DNA of 60,042 nucleotides from the IMG/VR virus record IMGVR_UViG_3300047463_000151, positions 1 through 60,042 of that record, one strand, 5' to 3'. This DNA comes from a virus. Lineage: Duplodnaviria; Caudoviricetes. Each line of letters begins with the position of its first letter. Position 1 is the stretch's first letter. This document shows positions 35,730 to 46,500 of the stretch, in pieces. The notes beneath the pieces are model-generated. The model was not told the DNA's origin and ran no database searches. It saw nothing but the letters and a program-made list of their open reading frames with translations. The position numbers and the translations under genes are program-made.

Positions 35730-36200
35730 ATGCCCGTGGTTACGCCTGTCCAGATTCCGAATCCGCAAACGTGGAGCCGTGCGCTTCGTCGCTACGACCG
35801 CGACCCGCGCCATCCGTATCTGTACTCTGGCTATGACTGCGCGGTAAAAGCGAAGCCCGTTGAAATCGAAGGCACGCTCGCGCCGACACTATTCTTTCCA
35901 CTTGGCAAAGAAGAATCCGCTAAACGTGCAGCGAAGCTCGGATGGATTGATGAAACCGACCGCGTGCGTGCCGAAGGGTTCAAGTTCGTTCACCTCCAAG
36001 GGACTGCGTTGGTGGACTTTTTGGAAACGCTCGGGTGGAATGAAATCCGCAAGCTCGGGAAGGCCCTCGGCGTCGTCGGGACACATGAACGCGGTGCGCT
36101 GACGGCCCTCGTCGTTGACTTGGTTGACAAGCGCGGTGGTATCCGTGCAATAGACTGTTTGCACACCGAAGCCTTGGCTGCTGAGGCCGTCGCTCCGTAA
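35730..36200 (+). CDS. Hypothetical protein
   Basis: 156 aa, GGAGGT RBS. Confidence 0.7.
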   Translation: MPVVTPVQIPNPQTWSRALRRYDRDPRHPYLYSGYDCAVKAKPVEIEGTLAPTLFFPLGKEESAKRAAKLGWIDETDRVRAEGFKFVHLQGTALVDFLETLGWNEIRKLGKALGVVGTHERGALTALVVDLVDKRGGIRAIDCLHTEALAAEAVAP

Positions 36201-36211
36201 CTGAGGTCCGT

Positions 36212-36826
36212 ATGCCGTTCGCTGAACTCGCTGTGTTGAAGACCATGATGCGGATTCCGTCGTCCGATACGACACGGGATAGCGAACTGCAATTGTACGT
36301 TGATTATGCAAATAGCTATATCTATGACTGTTTCGGCGGTATTTCGGATAGCGTCGTTACGTCCTATACCGACGTTATCAGCGTGGATGATTCACAGCAG
36401 AACTCGCTATGGCTTCGTCGCTATCCGCTGGTATCGGTGACGAGTCTGACTCAAAATGGAAACGTGCTGGACCCGTCGCAATACAGTTACACCGACCTCG
36501 GTTGTATCCGAATGGTGGATGGACTGACGTATTTCCCATTTGGGACGGCGACGGTCAGCGTAACCTACACGGCGGGATTCGCGGTAGGCAATCCCGCGTT
36601 GGGCGAACTGCGCTTGGCAGCGGTTACGCTCGCGGCCTATGCAGCAAACATCGCGGCGAGGTCAGGTATTTCGTCCGAAAAGATTGGTCAGTACAGCTAC
36701 GACATTGGCGCTGCGATGGGTGGCCTCGGTAATACCGCCGCTGGCGGATTCGGTATGCCGCCAATTGTTGAGCGCGTTTTGGCTAAATGGGACCGTCAAT
36801 TCATGGTATTCCCGAATACACACTGA
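36212..36826 (+). CDS. Head-tail adaptor (gp6/gp15-like)
   Basis: LRRYPLVSVTSL, VTYTAGF and SEKIGQYSY. Confidence 0.8.
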   Translation: MPFAELAVLKTMMRIPSSDTTRDSELQLYVDYANSYIYDCFGGISDSVVTSYTDVISVDDSQQNSLWLRRYPLVSVTSLTQNGNVLDPSQYSYTDLGCIRMVDGLTYFPFGTATVSVTYTAGFAVGNPALGELRLAAVTLAAYAANIAARSGISSEKIGQYSYDIGAAMGGLGNTAAGGFGMPPIVERVLAKWDRQFMVFPNTH

Positions 36827-36833
36827 GGTAGAT

Positions 36834-37112
36834 ATGCGCTTAGTTCGCCCCTATGTTCGTGGTGAGAAACTGTTTGTAGCGACTCCGACTGAGCGCGTGG
36901 TTTGCTCGGTCGAGGGCAATCTGCTCGTAGCCAACGCCAACACCCGTAACGCGCAACTGTTGCTTCAAAAGATCCACGGCTTCGTGGTTGATGAAGTAGT
37001 CGAGGCCCCTCCGGTTATCGCCGAAGAGCCGAAGCCAAAGAAGCCTGCGAAGAAAAAGGCTGACTTGTCAAAAGTTATGGCTGACGTTGCTGCTGCGACG
37101 AGTGAAGAATAA
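36834..37112 (+). CDS. Hypothetical protein
   Basis: GAGGT RBS; Pro/Lys-rich tail. Confidence 0.65.
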   Translation: MRLVRPYVRGEKLFVATPTERVVCSVEGNLLVANANTRNAQLLLQKIHGFVVDEVVEAPPVIAEEPKPKKPAKKKADLSKVMADVAAATSEE

Positions 37113-37642
37113 TGCGCGTCGGAATCGTTGGTTCGCTGACCGATAGCCGCTGCACGCTGTTTCACTACCATGATTTCTTGTTGACGCGGGACGCTGAAGC
37201 GCCTGCGCGGTGGGGTCGCCCTCGGGTAGTGTCGCTGGCTATTCCAGGTATCTTTCGTCGTGATGGCTTGTGCATCGTTCATGGGCCTACACTGGAAAGC
37301 GTAGCGCACCTGTTGAACGCGGATACGACTCCTGACCCGACAGTAGCCATTGTACTCGCGCAGGAGCCCCTTAAAGACGCTGCTGCGTCAGCGGTAGCCT
37401 ATGCCTACCCCGGCCAGACCGTGCGCCTAATAGCGGTCAAGGACGGCGTTGTTTACGAGGCGGGCGACGGGATGATTATCGACCGCAGCAAAGAGCCAAA
37501 ACGCGACGACTACGAAGGCCCGCCTGTAAAGCGTTTGGATCTTCCGCTGGTGGCGGTAAAGCCAAAGAAGAAGGCTGAACCAGCGCCTATCGAAGCGCCT
37601 CCAGAACTCGCGCCACCAGTTGAAGAGAATCCGTCAAGCTAA
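37112..37642 (+). CDS. Hypothetical protein
   Basis: 176 aa, TAATG-coupled. Confidence 0.65.
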   Translation: MRVGIVGSLTDSRCTLFHYHDFLLTRDAEAPARWGRPRVVSLAIPGIFRRDGLCIVHGPTLESVAHLLNADTTPDPTVAIVLAQEPLKDAAASAVAYAYPGQTVRLIAVKDGVVYEAGDGMIIDRSKEPKRDDYEGPPVKRLDLPLVAVKPKKKAEPAPIEAPPELAPPVEENPSS

Positions 37643-37832
37643 GGTCGCCGTCGTCGGTGCGGACCTCGATGTAGCTATCCATGTACGATGCGACGATTTC
37701 ACCGCTTGCGTAGTAGCGGTTGTTGTTGACGACGACCCAGAACGCATCTTCTACGTCGCCCTTGGTCAGCGAGCGTCCGCATAGGTCCGAAAGAGCGTCT
37801 ACCGCCGACGTAAGGTGAATGAGTGCCCGCAT
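37587..37832 (-). CDS. Small opposite-strand hypothetical protein
   Basis: MRALIHL..., 81 aa, GGAGG RBS; fills the gap between two + genes. Confidence 0.5.
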   Translation of the reverse strand: MRALIHLTSAVDALSDLCGRSLTKGDVEDAFWVVVNNNRYYASGEIVASYMDSYIEVRTDDGDLSLTDSLQLVARVLEALR

Positions 37833-37918
37833 GATGCCTCCGCTCTTTGTATAGCCGTGCGCTGGTAAATGCGTCGTGGTATGGTGCCGCCAGATGCCCG
37901 CAGAGGCACGGAGGTAGC

Positions 37919-40435
37919 ATGTATGAGCTTGGCATTGTGCTGGTAGGCACAGACGCGAATGACCTTGGAACCGCTTTTTACCAAGTTCTGAACTCAAAGC
38001 TACCTTCGTTTGCAGTGATGTACGTTCCGGCGGGTTTCGCCGACGAAGCGTGGATGTTCTCGACGCTGACGCAGCAAGCGCCGCATCCGGCACGGTGGAG
38101 CTGCTACGAGCGCAAGGCAAACGATACGCAGGCGCAGTCCATCGGTCGTGCTCTGAATGAATTGCACGAAGTCTACGGGACGACCATCAAGCACTACGCG
38201 GTGATTTCTGCCGACGTTTTGACTGCTTCCGATTGGTTCGACGGTATGCGAGCGGCGCTCGACGCAAAGACCGTTCGTAACGAGGCGGGCGAATTCAAGT
38301 GTTTGCTCTATGGGCGACCGGCCTACGTTGGCCCTGTATCGGATGGTATTGCGTTGCCAGCACAGCACCTTGACCTCGACAAAGCGGACACGGACCTCGG
38401 CGTACAAGGCTACGCAGCACATCGAGCAAAACACCTACACGGCGTAGCAGGTATCGCGGATACGCTAGACCCATGTTTCGTGCTTGGTTCATCCGAAGAT
38501 ATGGTTCGTCTATCTAATCACTTGTCCGGTGAGGCTACGAGCGACCGTTACCGATGGTCGCAAGCGTGGCAAGACGACACCAAAGAAGCCCGCGCTATTG
38601 TCGCTGAGGGCGTCTATGCAGCACGAACGAAACCCAATCGTCCAGGCGCATGGACTCCCGGCGATGGTCTAGCGCGACTCGATGATGCAACGCGCTACGT
38701 CGACGCCAGAAGCCCTCAGCGTGTCGTCGCGACCATTGTGGCTACGTTGGATACGGCGCGGTCCATCGACCTCCTAAAAGCCTGTCTGGCGTCCTGCGCT
38801 GGCGTAGTTGATGGTATTGCCCTTGTGATCGACGGCGACCCTACGCAGGCCCTAGACGAAGCCATAGCGGCCAAGGTTTCGTTGCAGCCTGACGACGAGA
38901 AGATGCTCAAGGGTTGTGTCGGCGTATTGGCCGAAGCGATGAGCGCACGGGTCACGACTTGGGCGAAGCGAATTGCGCTCGCGGTGACGGGGAACAAGGA
39001 ATTCGTGTGCGAGGCCAGCGTCTACGGTGGCCCTGACGCACTAGAAGCACGCCAACGCGCCTATGATCTCGCCGACTCGCTTGGCGCACGCTGGTTGCTG
39101 TTTCTGGAAGGCGACGAAATGCTCGATACCTCGGTGTCGCGTGCGTACATTCAGCGCCTTGCGAACCATCCAGACCGTAGTGTTCTGGCCTACGACTTTG
39201 GGTTCATCACGCACTACAACTCGCCGATTCAAATCCGCGTAGATGGAGCACGCGGAACGACGATGGAGCGCGGACCCAGCGGCATCCGTATGGTTCGGAA
39301 TCTTGGCGGGAACCGCACGCAGCCCGGATTTTCAGTAAACGGTGGACTGACGATAGCGCCGCTGTTCAGCGAAGAATCGGTACGCGCTGCGAATGTGCGT
39401 ATCCGCAAGTTTGACCTAATGCGTCCACAAGACCGGCTCCACGTTAGCGAAACGGCTGAATCTGTGTCGGTTTACGCCTACCATGACCAGACGCGAATGG
39501 GGTTTCACTGTCTCGCGTATCCTCGCGAAAACCTTGATGACGTTGGCCGCTGGCTCGACTACGCCACTGGTATTTGCGACGACGCCGTGTTGGTGTGGAC
39601 AGATGAAGCAGAGCCATCACCCGAATGGAAGAGGCTTGCTGCCATATACCAGGCGCGCATTGTCCACCATCCGTTGCGCGATAACCTTGCCGCTGCACGC
39701 AACGCAGGCATCGACGCGCTCAGTGAGAACAAGTCGCTAACGTGGGCGTGGTTCGTAGACCCCGATGAATGGTTCGATAAGCCGCTACACGACGCGCAGG
39801 CGATGCGCCGTATGGCTGAATCCGTGCGTTATGGGTATCTCGTCCAAACGTGCAATTATCGCCAGAGTGGACCGCCTTCGGTGAGCGATAGCGTGCGTAT
39901 TTCGCGTCTATTGCCAACGATTCGCATGGATGGTCGCGTACACGAAGGGTTTTCAGATGCTTGGAAGCGATTGCAGGCCGCTGGCATTCACCCTCGACTC
40001 GTCTATGCGCCTTTCATGGTTCAGCATCGCGGCATGGCGTTCAGCGCCGACAGGATGCGTGAAAAGCTCGAAAAGTACGAGCATCTTTTGCGCTTGGAAC
40101 TTGCCGATAGACCAGAAAACCCCGGCGCGTGGACCTCGCTCGCTATGCACTTCATGAACGACGGGCACAAAGACCTCGCCGTAGAGTGCTTGCGTCGTGG
40201 CGTGGCTTGCGCGGGTACGAGCTATCTGCCCTACCGCGAACTCGCCTATTGGCACCTCCGCGAAGCACAGGCCCTATTAGACCAGTCCATCGACCGTTTG
40301 TCCGAAGGTCATCAGTGGTACAAAATGGCGGCTGAGTTGCAAAGAGTGCTACGCAAGCATGTAGAGCCTGCGTCTATCGTTGCACCCATTAGTGATAGGC
40401 CAGTTGCATCGTTGCCGAAGTTCCGTGATAGTTAG
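37919..40435 (+). CDS. Multi-domain family 2 glycosyltransferase with TPR-like C-terminus
   Basis: WLLFLEGDEML; LAAARNAGID..WAWFVDPDEW..GRVHE..H; TPR-like RPENPGAWTSLAMHF; GGAGGT RBS. Confidence 0.8.
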   Translation: MYELGIVLVGTDANDLGTAFYQVLNSKLPSFAVMYVPAGFADEAWMFSTLTQQAPHPARWSCYERKANDTQAQSIGRALNELHEVYGTTIKHYAVISADVLTASDWFDGMRAALDAKTVRNEAGEFKCLLYGRPAYVGPVSDGIALPAQHLDLDKADTDLGVQGYAAHRAKHLHGVAGIADTLDPCFVLGSSEDMVRLSNHLSGEATSDRYRWSQAWQDDTKEARAIVAEGVYAARTKPNRPGAWTPGDGLARLDDATRYVDARSPQRVVATIVATLDTARSIDLLKACLASCAGVVDGIALVIDGDPTQALDEAIAAKVSLQPDDEKMLKGCVGVLAEAMSARVTTWAKRIALAVTGNKEFVCEASVYGGPDALEARQRAYDLADSLGARWLLFLEGDEMLDTSVSRAYIQRLANHPDRSVLAYDFGFITHYNSPIQIRVDGARGTTMERGPSGIRMVRNLGGNRTQPGFSVNGGLTIAPLFSEESVRAANVRIRKFDLMRPQDRLHVSETAESVSVYAYHDQTRMGFHCLAYPRENLDDVGRWLDYATGICDDAVLVWTDEAEPSPEWKRLAAIYQARIVHHPLRDNLAAARNAGIDALSENKSLTWAWFVDPDEWFDKPLHDAQAMRRMAESVRYGYLVQTCNYRQSGPPSVSDSVRISRLLPTIRMDGRVHEGFSDAWKRLQAAGIHPRLVYAPFMVQHRGMAFSADRMREKLEKYEHLLRLELADRPENPGAWTSLAMHFMNDGHKDLAVECLRRGVACAGTSYLPYRELAYWHLREAQALLDQSIDRLSEGHQWYKMAAELQRVLRKHVEPASIVAPISDRPVASLPKFRDS

Positions 40436-40438
40436 TCT

Positions 40439-40942
40439 ATGCTCAAACTCCGTAAATCCAGCCTCGATAAAGCCGTCGCCACGATGAAACGTCTTGGCGA
40501 GCAAGGCCGTATCGGGGCCATCGACGGCGTACAGCGTGGCGGCAAGCATCTGGCGAAAAAGGTGCGGGACAATATGTCCTATGCAGACCATACGCTAGAA
40601 GACCTGCGACGGCTCGACCATCCCTACGCCGACAGGCATCCGGGCATCCAAATCCACAAAGGTTCAACCGCTGACCTACGCGACGGAACTGCTGCGATTC
40701 ACAAGCACACGGGAACGCTGCTTGCATCAATTGAGGACCGCCCTGTGGACGGCACGCGAGGGCATACCTACCGCATAGAGGCTAACGAAAACAAGGCTGA
40801 CTACGCCAAGCGTGTTCTCGGTGGAACGGAGATTATGCACCCTCGCAACGTGTTCCTTGAAACCGCAGAAGCGCCCGGCGTCAAAAAGGATATAGTCAAC
40901 GGCGTTACCGAGGCGATCATCGCCGCCATCGCGAAGGTCTGA
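40439..40942 (+). CDS. Neck protein, HK97 gp10-like
   Basis: TGTLLASI, YA.RV..GT.IM.PRN. Confidence 0.7.
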   Translation: MLKLRKSSLDKAVATMKRLGEQGRIGAIDGVQRGGKHLAKKVRDNMSYADHTLEDLRRLDHPYADRHPGIQIHKGSTADLRDGTAAIHKHTGTLLASIEDRPVDGTRGHTYRIEANENKADYAKRVLGGTEIMHPRNVFLETAEAPGVKKDIVNGVTEAIIAAIAKV

Positions 40943-40943
40943 A

Positions 40944-41363
40944 ATGCCTAGCCAACTCGCCGTCACCAAACAATTGCTTCGTCAAACACTGCTGAATGAC
41001 GCTACGCTGCGTGCTTTGGTGGATGGTAAAGTGTTACCCGCTCACTTGCAGAGCGCGGAAGCAGCCACGGTATTGCGCGACAAGCCCATCATCATCGTTG
41101 AAATGACGGGTGGGTTCATGCGCTATTTCACCCAACTACAAGACGTTACGTTCGATATTTGGGTTTACAGCAAGAACAGCAGCGATGAGTGCAACCAAGT
41201 CTACGACGTTGCGTTTCCGCTACTCCAACAGACGCGGCTCCATGTAGACGACATTGATATGTGCGGCCTCGCCCGTGAACTCATGCGACCCGAAGTAGGT
41301 TGGAACGAAGTCGTCCATGCACACTACGTCCGTGCGAAATGGACGATGAAAGCAACGAGTTAG
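40944..41363 (+). CDS. Tail terminator/completion protein
   Basis: LLND.TLRALVDGKV.P and FDIWVY; typical size and position. Confidence 0.7.
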   Translation: MPSQLAVTKQLLRQTLLNDATLRALVDGKVLPAHLQSAEAATVLRDKPIIIVEMTGGFMRYFTQLQDVTFDIWVYSKNSSDECNQVYDVAFPLLQQTRLHVDDIDMCGLARELMRPEVGWNEVVHAHYVRAKWTMKATS

Positions 41364-41371
41364 GAGTTACC

Positions 41372-41584
41372 GTGTTGAGTTATCCAGGCATCGCTACGTT
41401 TACTATGCATCGACCGACGCATATCCAGTGTTCGGCGTGTGGCCTAAACGTCTATGAAATGAAGCCTTATGAGGCTGTGTACCCGCGTGGAAGCGTAGGA
41501 CGCGCTATGGGGCAGACCAAAATCGTAAAAGGAGAATGTAAATGCGGGTGCGCGTACCAGTTCCCGGTCACTCAGACGGTGTAA
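41372..41584 (+). CDS. Small zinc-ribbon protein
   Basis: CSAC...CKCG; AGGAG RBS before GTG. Confidence 0.55.
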   Translation: MLSYPGIATFTMHRPTHIQCSACGLNVYEMKPYEAVYPRGSVGRAMGQTKIVKGECKCGCAYQFPVTQTV

Positions 41585-41916
41585 ACGAAAGCGCACACGT
41601 TGCGCTGACTTTGCGCCAATTGGAACAAGACATTCAGAAGCTGGCGCGGATTGTCGCTGAGCAGTCGGAGAAGCATCGCGACGAGGATCGAGCCACAGGT
41701 GCGACTACGGACGCCGTATGGCAGTGTCGCAAGTGTTCGTACTTCTTGGGATTCTATGACATTCGCTCCGAAGTGCTGCGGGTGCGCTATAAAGAGCATC
41801 TAATGTACGTTCGCGTTGGCCTTGGTGGATTTGTACAGGTCTTTTGCCGTTCGTGTGGCGAGGCGAACACGCAAGAGTTCGTCGCACAGGATGCGAATAG
41901 GGGCGAAAGACACTAG
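41542..41916 (+). CDS. Zinc-ribbon protein, Mu Com-like (start uncertain)
   Basis: WQCRKCSYFLG...VQVFCRSCGEAN. Confidence 0.55.
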   Translation: MRVRVPVPGHSDGVNESAHVALTLRQLEQDIQKLARIVAEQSEKHRDEDRATGATTDAVWQCRKCSYFLGFYDIRSEVLRVRYKEHLMYVRVGLGGFVQVFCRSCGEANTQEFVAQDANRGERH

Positions 41917-41999
41917 GCTAGTCAACGGTACTATGTTACCGTCGTTGCAAGCCGTCCGTGAGGCGCAGCGACCTACCCTTTACCGCACAGGAGTCTGTC

Positions 42000-42548
42000 G
42001 TGGCGCTTAATATTCCTTCCGTTTCCCGTGATGATATTTCCTTCGGTCCCGCCGTTATGTACCTCGGCGCGGCTGGTGCTACCCCGACCGTTGACGTTGG
42101 CGCTATCTCTGAAGACGGCGTTTCCATTGAGATCGCGACTGAGCAGCGCGACATCATGCAGGGCAATCCCCGCATCATCGAAATGTCGTTCAACCAGCAG
42201 CAGTCGGCCACGGTCAAAGTGACCAGCATCCAGTGGAACTACTCGAACCTCCAGTACGTCCTTGGCGGCGCGGTTTCGACCACGGCGACTTGGGAGAAGT
42301 TCGACTTCGGTGGTGACCCGTGCCCGTCTGAGGTTGCGATCAAGATTGTTCACCAGATGTGTTCGGGCGACACCATCAACGTCCATGTGTGGCGTGCGAT
42401 GGGCGAAGGCAACCTCTCCATCCCGTTCGGTCAGGACGAGCACAGCTTTGAATTGTCGTTCAAGGCCATGCGTGCGACGACTTCGTGGGCTGGCGCTACG
42501 CTGTCTGCGGACGCGCAGTTGCTCCAAATCTACCGTCAGCTCGCCTAA
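42000..42548 (+). CDS. Major tail (tube) protein
   Basis: ISFGPAVMY..VGAISEDGV; AGGAG RBS; precedes the chaperones and tape measure. Confidence 0.8.
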   Translation: MALNIPSVSRDDISFGPAVMYLGAAGATPTVDVGAISEDGVSIEIATEQRDIMQGNPRIIEMSFNQQQSATVKVTSIQWNYSNLQYVLGGAVSTTATWEKFDFGGDPCPSEVAIKIVHQMCSGDTINVHVWRAMGEGNLSIPFGQDEHSFELSFKAMRATTSWAGATLSADAQLLQIYRQLA

Positions 42549-42572
42549 TAGTCCTTTTCATTAGGACCACTG

Positions 42573-42604
42573 AACCCGTCGAGGTCTAGCCTTGGCGGGT
42601 TTTG
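42573..42604 (+). terminator. Rho-independent terminator
   Basis: AACCCGTCGAGG-tctag-CCTTGGCGGGTT followed by T residues. Confidence 0.75.
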
Positions 42605-42646
42605 TGTATTTGGAGTATGCTACGCGGCAGAGGCCCAGGAGGCACA

Positions 42647-43159
42647 ATGTCAGACGTAGACCAGAATGATAAACCGATGGAAGCGGCGCGTAACGCAGTC
42701 GATGCAATCCGCGACCTGTTCGCAACCATCGACCCGCCAGCGGAAATCGAAGTCGTCAACGTGTACGGCGGTTCGACTAAAATCCGCTCGTCGGTTCCGG
42801 CACGGAATCAGATTCGTGCGATGCGTGAGCTTGAAAAGCTGACGGCGCTCGCGGCTACGGAAGAAATGCAGGCGCTCGCAAAAAACGTCGGTTCTGGCAT
42901 TGGTGGTGTGGTCGGGTTTCTGGTCCGTGCAGCGATGCGTGAAGACGTACTCGACGCGCTGTGTGCTTCTTTTGCGGAAGCGCACCCGGCAGCGTTGGAA
43001 GCAGCACGCGCTGATGCGAAAGCGGCTGGCGTGAAGGGTGCGGACAAACTCGGTGTCGCTGATTTGTTCGGCGTCGAGGAGGTCGCTAGTGGCCTCGTCC
43101 CTTTTTTGTTGAGGATGCTCCAAAAGGCGGCGTCAGCACTGAGCCAGTTGTCGAAGTAA
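42647..43159 (+). CDS. Tail assembly chaperone (G)
   Basis: AGGAGG RBS; between the tail tube and tape measure genes. Confidence 0.75.
   Translation: MSDVDQNDKPMEAARNAVDAIRDLFATIDPPAEIEVVNVYGGSTKIRSSVPARNQIRAMRELEKLTALAATEEMQALAKNVGSGIGGVVGFLVRAAMREDVLDALCASFAEAHPAALEAARADAKAAGVKGADKLGVADLFGVEEVASGLVPFLLRMLQKAASALSQLSK
43099..43105 (+). other. -1 ribosomal frameshift slippery site C CCT TTT
   Basis: X XXY YYZ heptamer in the correct register; the -1 frame is open from here to the stop at 43512. Confidence 0.8.
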
Positions 43160-43512
43160 AGGCTGTCAGCGCAGACGAAATCGAAGAAACGCTCGGGACG
43201 CTTATCTCTTGTGGGTATGACCTCGAGCGTATTGTCGCGGCGTATTCGTTTGAGCAAATTGGTTTGATGGCCCGATGCGTGCTGCGTTCGCGTGCAGCGA
43301 TGCTGAATGCTGTTGTAGGCCCCGTACTGGGCGCTACGACGGGCGCGGAATGGAAAGGGCATAGTGTATCGGGTAGCGGTAAAGCGGCCCGTAAAAAGAC
43401 CAGCACGGGGCAGAACCACCGGGTTTGGCAGTCGTCGGATGCGCCTACGCCAGAGGCCAAGGACAAGGGACTGATGAATGCCTTGTCACGCGCCGGGTTC
43501 GCTATCCGGTAG
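43105..43512 (+). CDS. Tail assembly chaperone GT, frameshifted C-terminal part
   Basis: The -1 frame reads FVEDAPKGG...EQIGLMARCVLRS... and includes the track ORF 43264-43512. Confidence 0.75.
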   Translation, partial: FVEDAPKGGVSTEPVVEVKAVSADEIEETLGTLISCGYDLERIVAAYSFEQIGLMARCVLRSRAAMLNAVVGPVLGATTGAEWKGHSVSGSGKAARKKTSTGQNHRVWQSSDAPTPEAKDKGLMNALSRAGFAIR

Positions 43513-43567
43513 GTATGGGACGCAAAAAGTCAAAAACACGATACACTGGCCCTAGTATGGGGGCCTT

Positions 43568-46500
43568 ATGGCGGCTGACAAGACACTTGGCGATTTGATC
43601 TTCGATCTCGTTATCGACGACTCCAAGTTCCAGGCAACAATCGATTCTTCGATAAAGAAGATTCGCAGTCTAAACAGCGCATTCGCATCCGTAGCGCGTA
43701 ATGCAGCAAAGGCCAGTGCTGGTGGAACTGGCGGCGGTGGCGCAACAGAGCCTACTGAGCAGTCGCGTTCATCGGCTATCAAACAGCTTCTCGCTTTTGG
43801 TCGGATGGTGAAGCAAGCGCAAGCGGAAAGCGACGCAGCGGTTCGTAAAGAAGAGGCTAACGAGCAGAAACGGCGGATGCTATTCGGAAGTCGCTTAACA
43901 GCATACGGAAAGATGCTGGCCCAAGAGACGGTGAAGCGTGACGCGGCGCTTCGTAGTCAGGAGGTTGCGGAACAGAAAACACGAATGATGTTCAGTGGCC
44001 GTCTTGCATCTTACGGAAAGATGATTCAGCGCGAGGTTGCTGCGGTAGCAAAGGCAGAAGAGGCTAAGCGCAAGGAAGAGGCCAAAACCGCTGCTGCCGC
44101 TATTGCTGCATTGGCTAAACAAGAGGCGGCACGAAAGAAAGCTGATGCTGCCGCATTGAAGGCGATTAAGGATCGAACCGACGCACAGGAAAGCGTATTC
44201 AAAACGCTTGGTTCAGCCGGTACGGACGTAGCCTCTACGATCATGTCTGCGTTCAAGATTGCCACTACCGCGGTCGCAGCGGTCGGGACCGCCATTACTG
44301 TTCTCGGCGCGAAGTTTGAGCAGACCATCAACACTGTGTCGGTGCTTAGTGATGGTTCGCTGCCTGAATTGACTAAGGCCGCACGCCAATTTGGCATGGA
44401 AAGCAAGTTCTCCGCGCAAGAAGCCGCTGATGCGATGTTGAACTTCGCTCAGGCCGGTATGACTGCTGAGCAGAACATCGCGGCTACTGGCGCTGCTATC
44501 AAGCTCGCAGCGGCTTCCGGTTCCGACCTGACGCTCACGACATCGATTATGTCGGATGCGATTTCGCAGTTCAGTCTGTCTACGAACGATGCGTCGAACC
44601 TTGCGGATATTTTTACCTATGCGTTGAACGACTCTAAACTCGGAATGGAAGACCTCTCTGTGTCGATGCGCTACGCAGGCACGGTCGGCGCTGGCTTCGG
44701 TATGTCGGTTCAGGAGACAACCGCCGCGCTTATGATGTTTTCGAGCCTCGGTTTGAAGGGAAGCAAGGCTGGTACGGTATTCCGTCAGACGATGAATGCT
44801 GCTGCGAATACAACACGAGAAGCGGAGAAGGCTCTTGCTGCTTATGGATTAACACAGGCCGACATTAGCCCGCTTACTAAGAAATTCGGTGAGATCCTAA
44901 ATACAGTTGCCGATGCTGGAATTACGGTCGATGACGCACTGAAAATCTTTGGCACCACCGCAGGCGCTAACGTCGTCGCCCTCGCGAAGATGCAAAAGGA
45001 ATCAGCTGGTACGGCGAAGTCGTTTGAGTCTTTGGTAGCGGGCATGGATGCCGCAATTAGTCGTGGCGATGCGGCTATCAAAGCAACACAGATGATGGAC
45101 AACGTGGCCGGTCAGTTCACGTTGCTTATCGCACGGCTACGCGAAATTGGACTGTCGATTTACGATGCTTACTCGGGTCCACTGAAAGCCATTATCACTG
45201 AGGCTGGTGGTGTCGCATCCGACATCATTTCCGTGTTTGGATATGCCTCGACCTCGATAAGCGAGGGCGTCGGCGGCGCTCTATCCGACCTTGCCTCCTA
45301 TATCCGAGACAACCGTGCTCAGATTGTTGGGATGGTTGTAGCGTTTATTGAAGGATTCTCGCGACTGACGGCGCAGATTCTTTCATTGATGCCAACGTTT
45401 GCTGGTCTAGTTTCTATTGCGCTGGACTTCGGTAACGCAATCTTCACAGTCGGCGATGCCGTCGCGGCGCTCATTCCAGGTGTGACTAATGCGGCTGGTG
45501 TTTTTGCGACTCTATTCTTAGTTGGTGAGGCGTTAGCGTTCGTTGCTGCGATCTCAAAGATTAGTGCCGCAATCAGAGATTTGCAGAAAGCATTAGTAGG
45601 CGCTGAAATGTCTGCCGCAGCCGCTACGGGTGGCCTAACGGCTCTCGTAATGATCGGCGGTATGCTCGTCGGTTGGCTCGCTCAGTATGTGACGGCTAAC
45701 GACGAAGCCGCTGCGTCCGTAGACCGGCTCCGCGCTGCGGAAGAGCACCGCAAACTGGTCAACGACAAGGCGTATGCCGCCGAAGTAGCGCGTGTCAGTA
45801 AATTGCTGGATGCCTCTAAGGCGCAGGCGCAAGAAGCGTTGAAGAACGGAAAGACGCTGACGGATGAACAACGCCGACAAGCCGAGGCCACGCTACGGCT
45901 GACGAAAGAACAAGCGTTACTCGAAATGCAGAGCGGTCGCCTGGTTGCGATTAAGGGTCGGCTCGCTACGGTTTCCGAAGTCGCGGCGATGGCGTCTAAG
46001 GGCGAATCTGCTGCGTTGCAGACGATGTATCGTGAACAGGCAAAAGAAGAAGCAGCAGCGGCAGACCAATTAGAAAGGCTTCGTAGAGCAAAAGCAGACG
46101 CAGATAAAGGATTTAAAACAGCTGTTCGTGGTAGTTTCATACCAGGCGCACCATCGCAAGAAGATGTACGTCAAAATCTCGCGCAGACAGGTGGAGGCCA
46201 AGTACAGAGTTACGAAGAACTCACACTGGCTATCGCTGATGCTGAAAAGGCACTTGAACGGATCCAAGGCCGTGACGAGGCGTTCCGTAACGAGCTTTTC
46301 TTAGCGCAACACGCCGTCGATAAGACCACTGGCTCAATGAAGAAATTGCAGGGTCCGACGAAAGAAGCCGCTAAGGCTACGGATGAACTTGCAGCCGCAA
46401 TGCGTGGTCTTATCGCGGATGCACAGAAGCGGTACGACGAGGTTCTAAAAGCCTTTGAGGAGGCCAATACATCCGAAGGCGAGCTACAAGCAAAGCGTCT

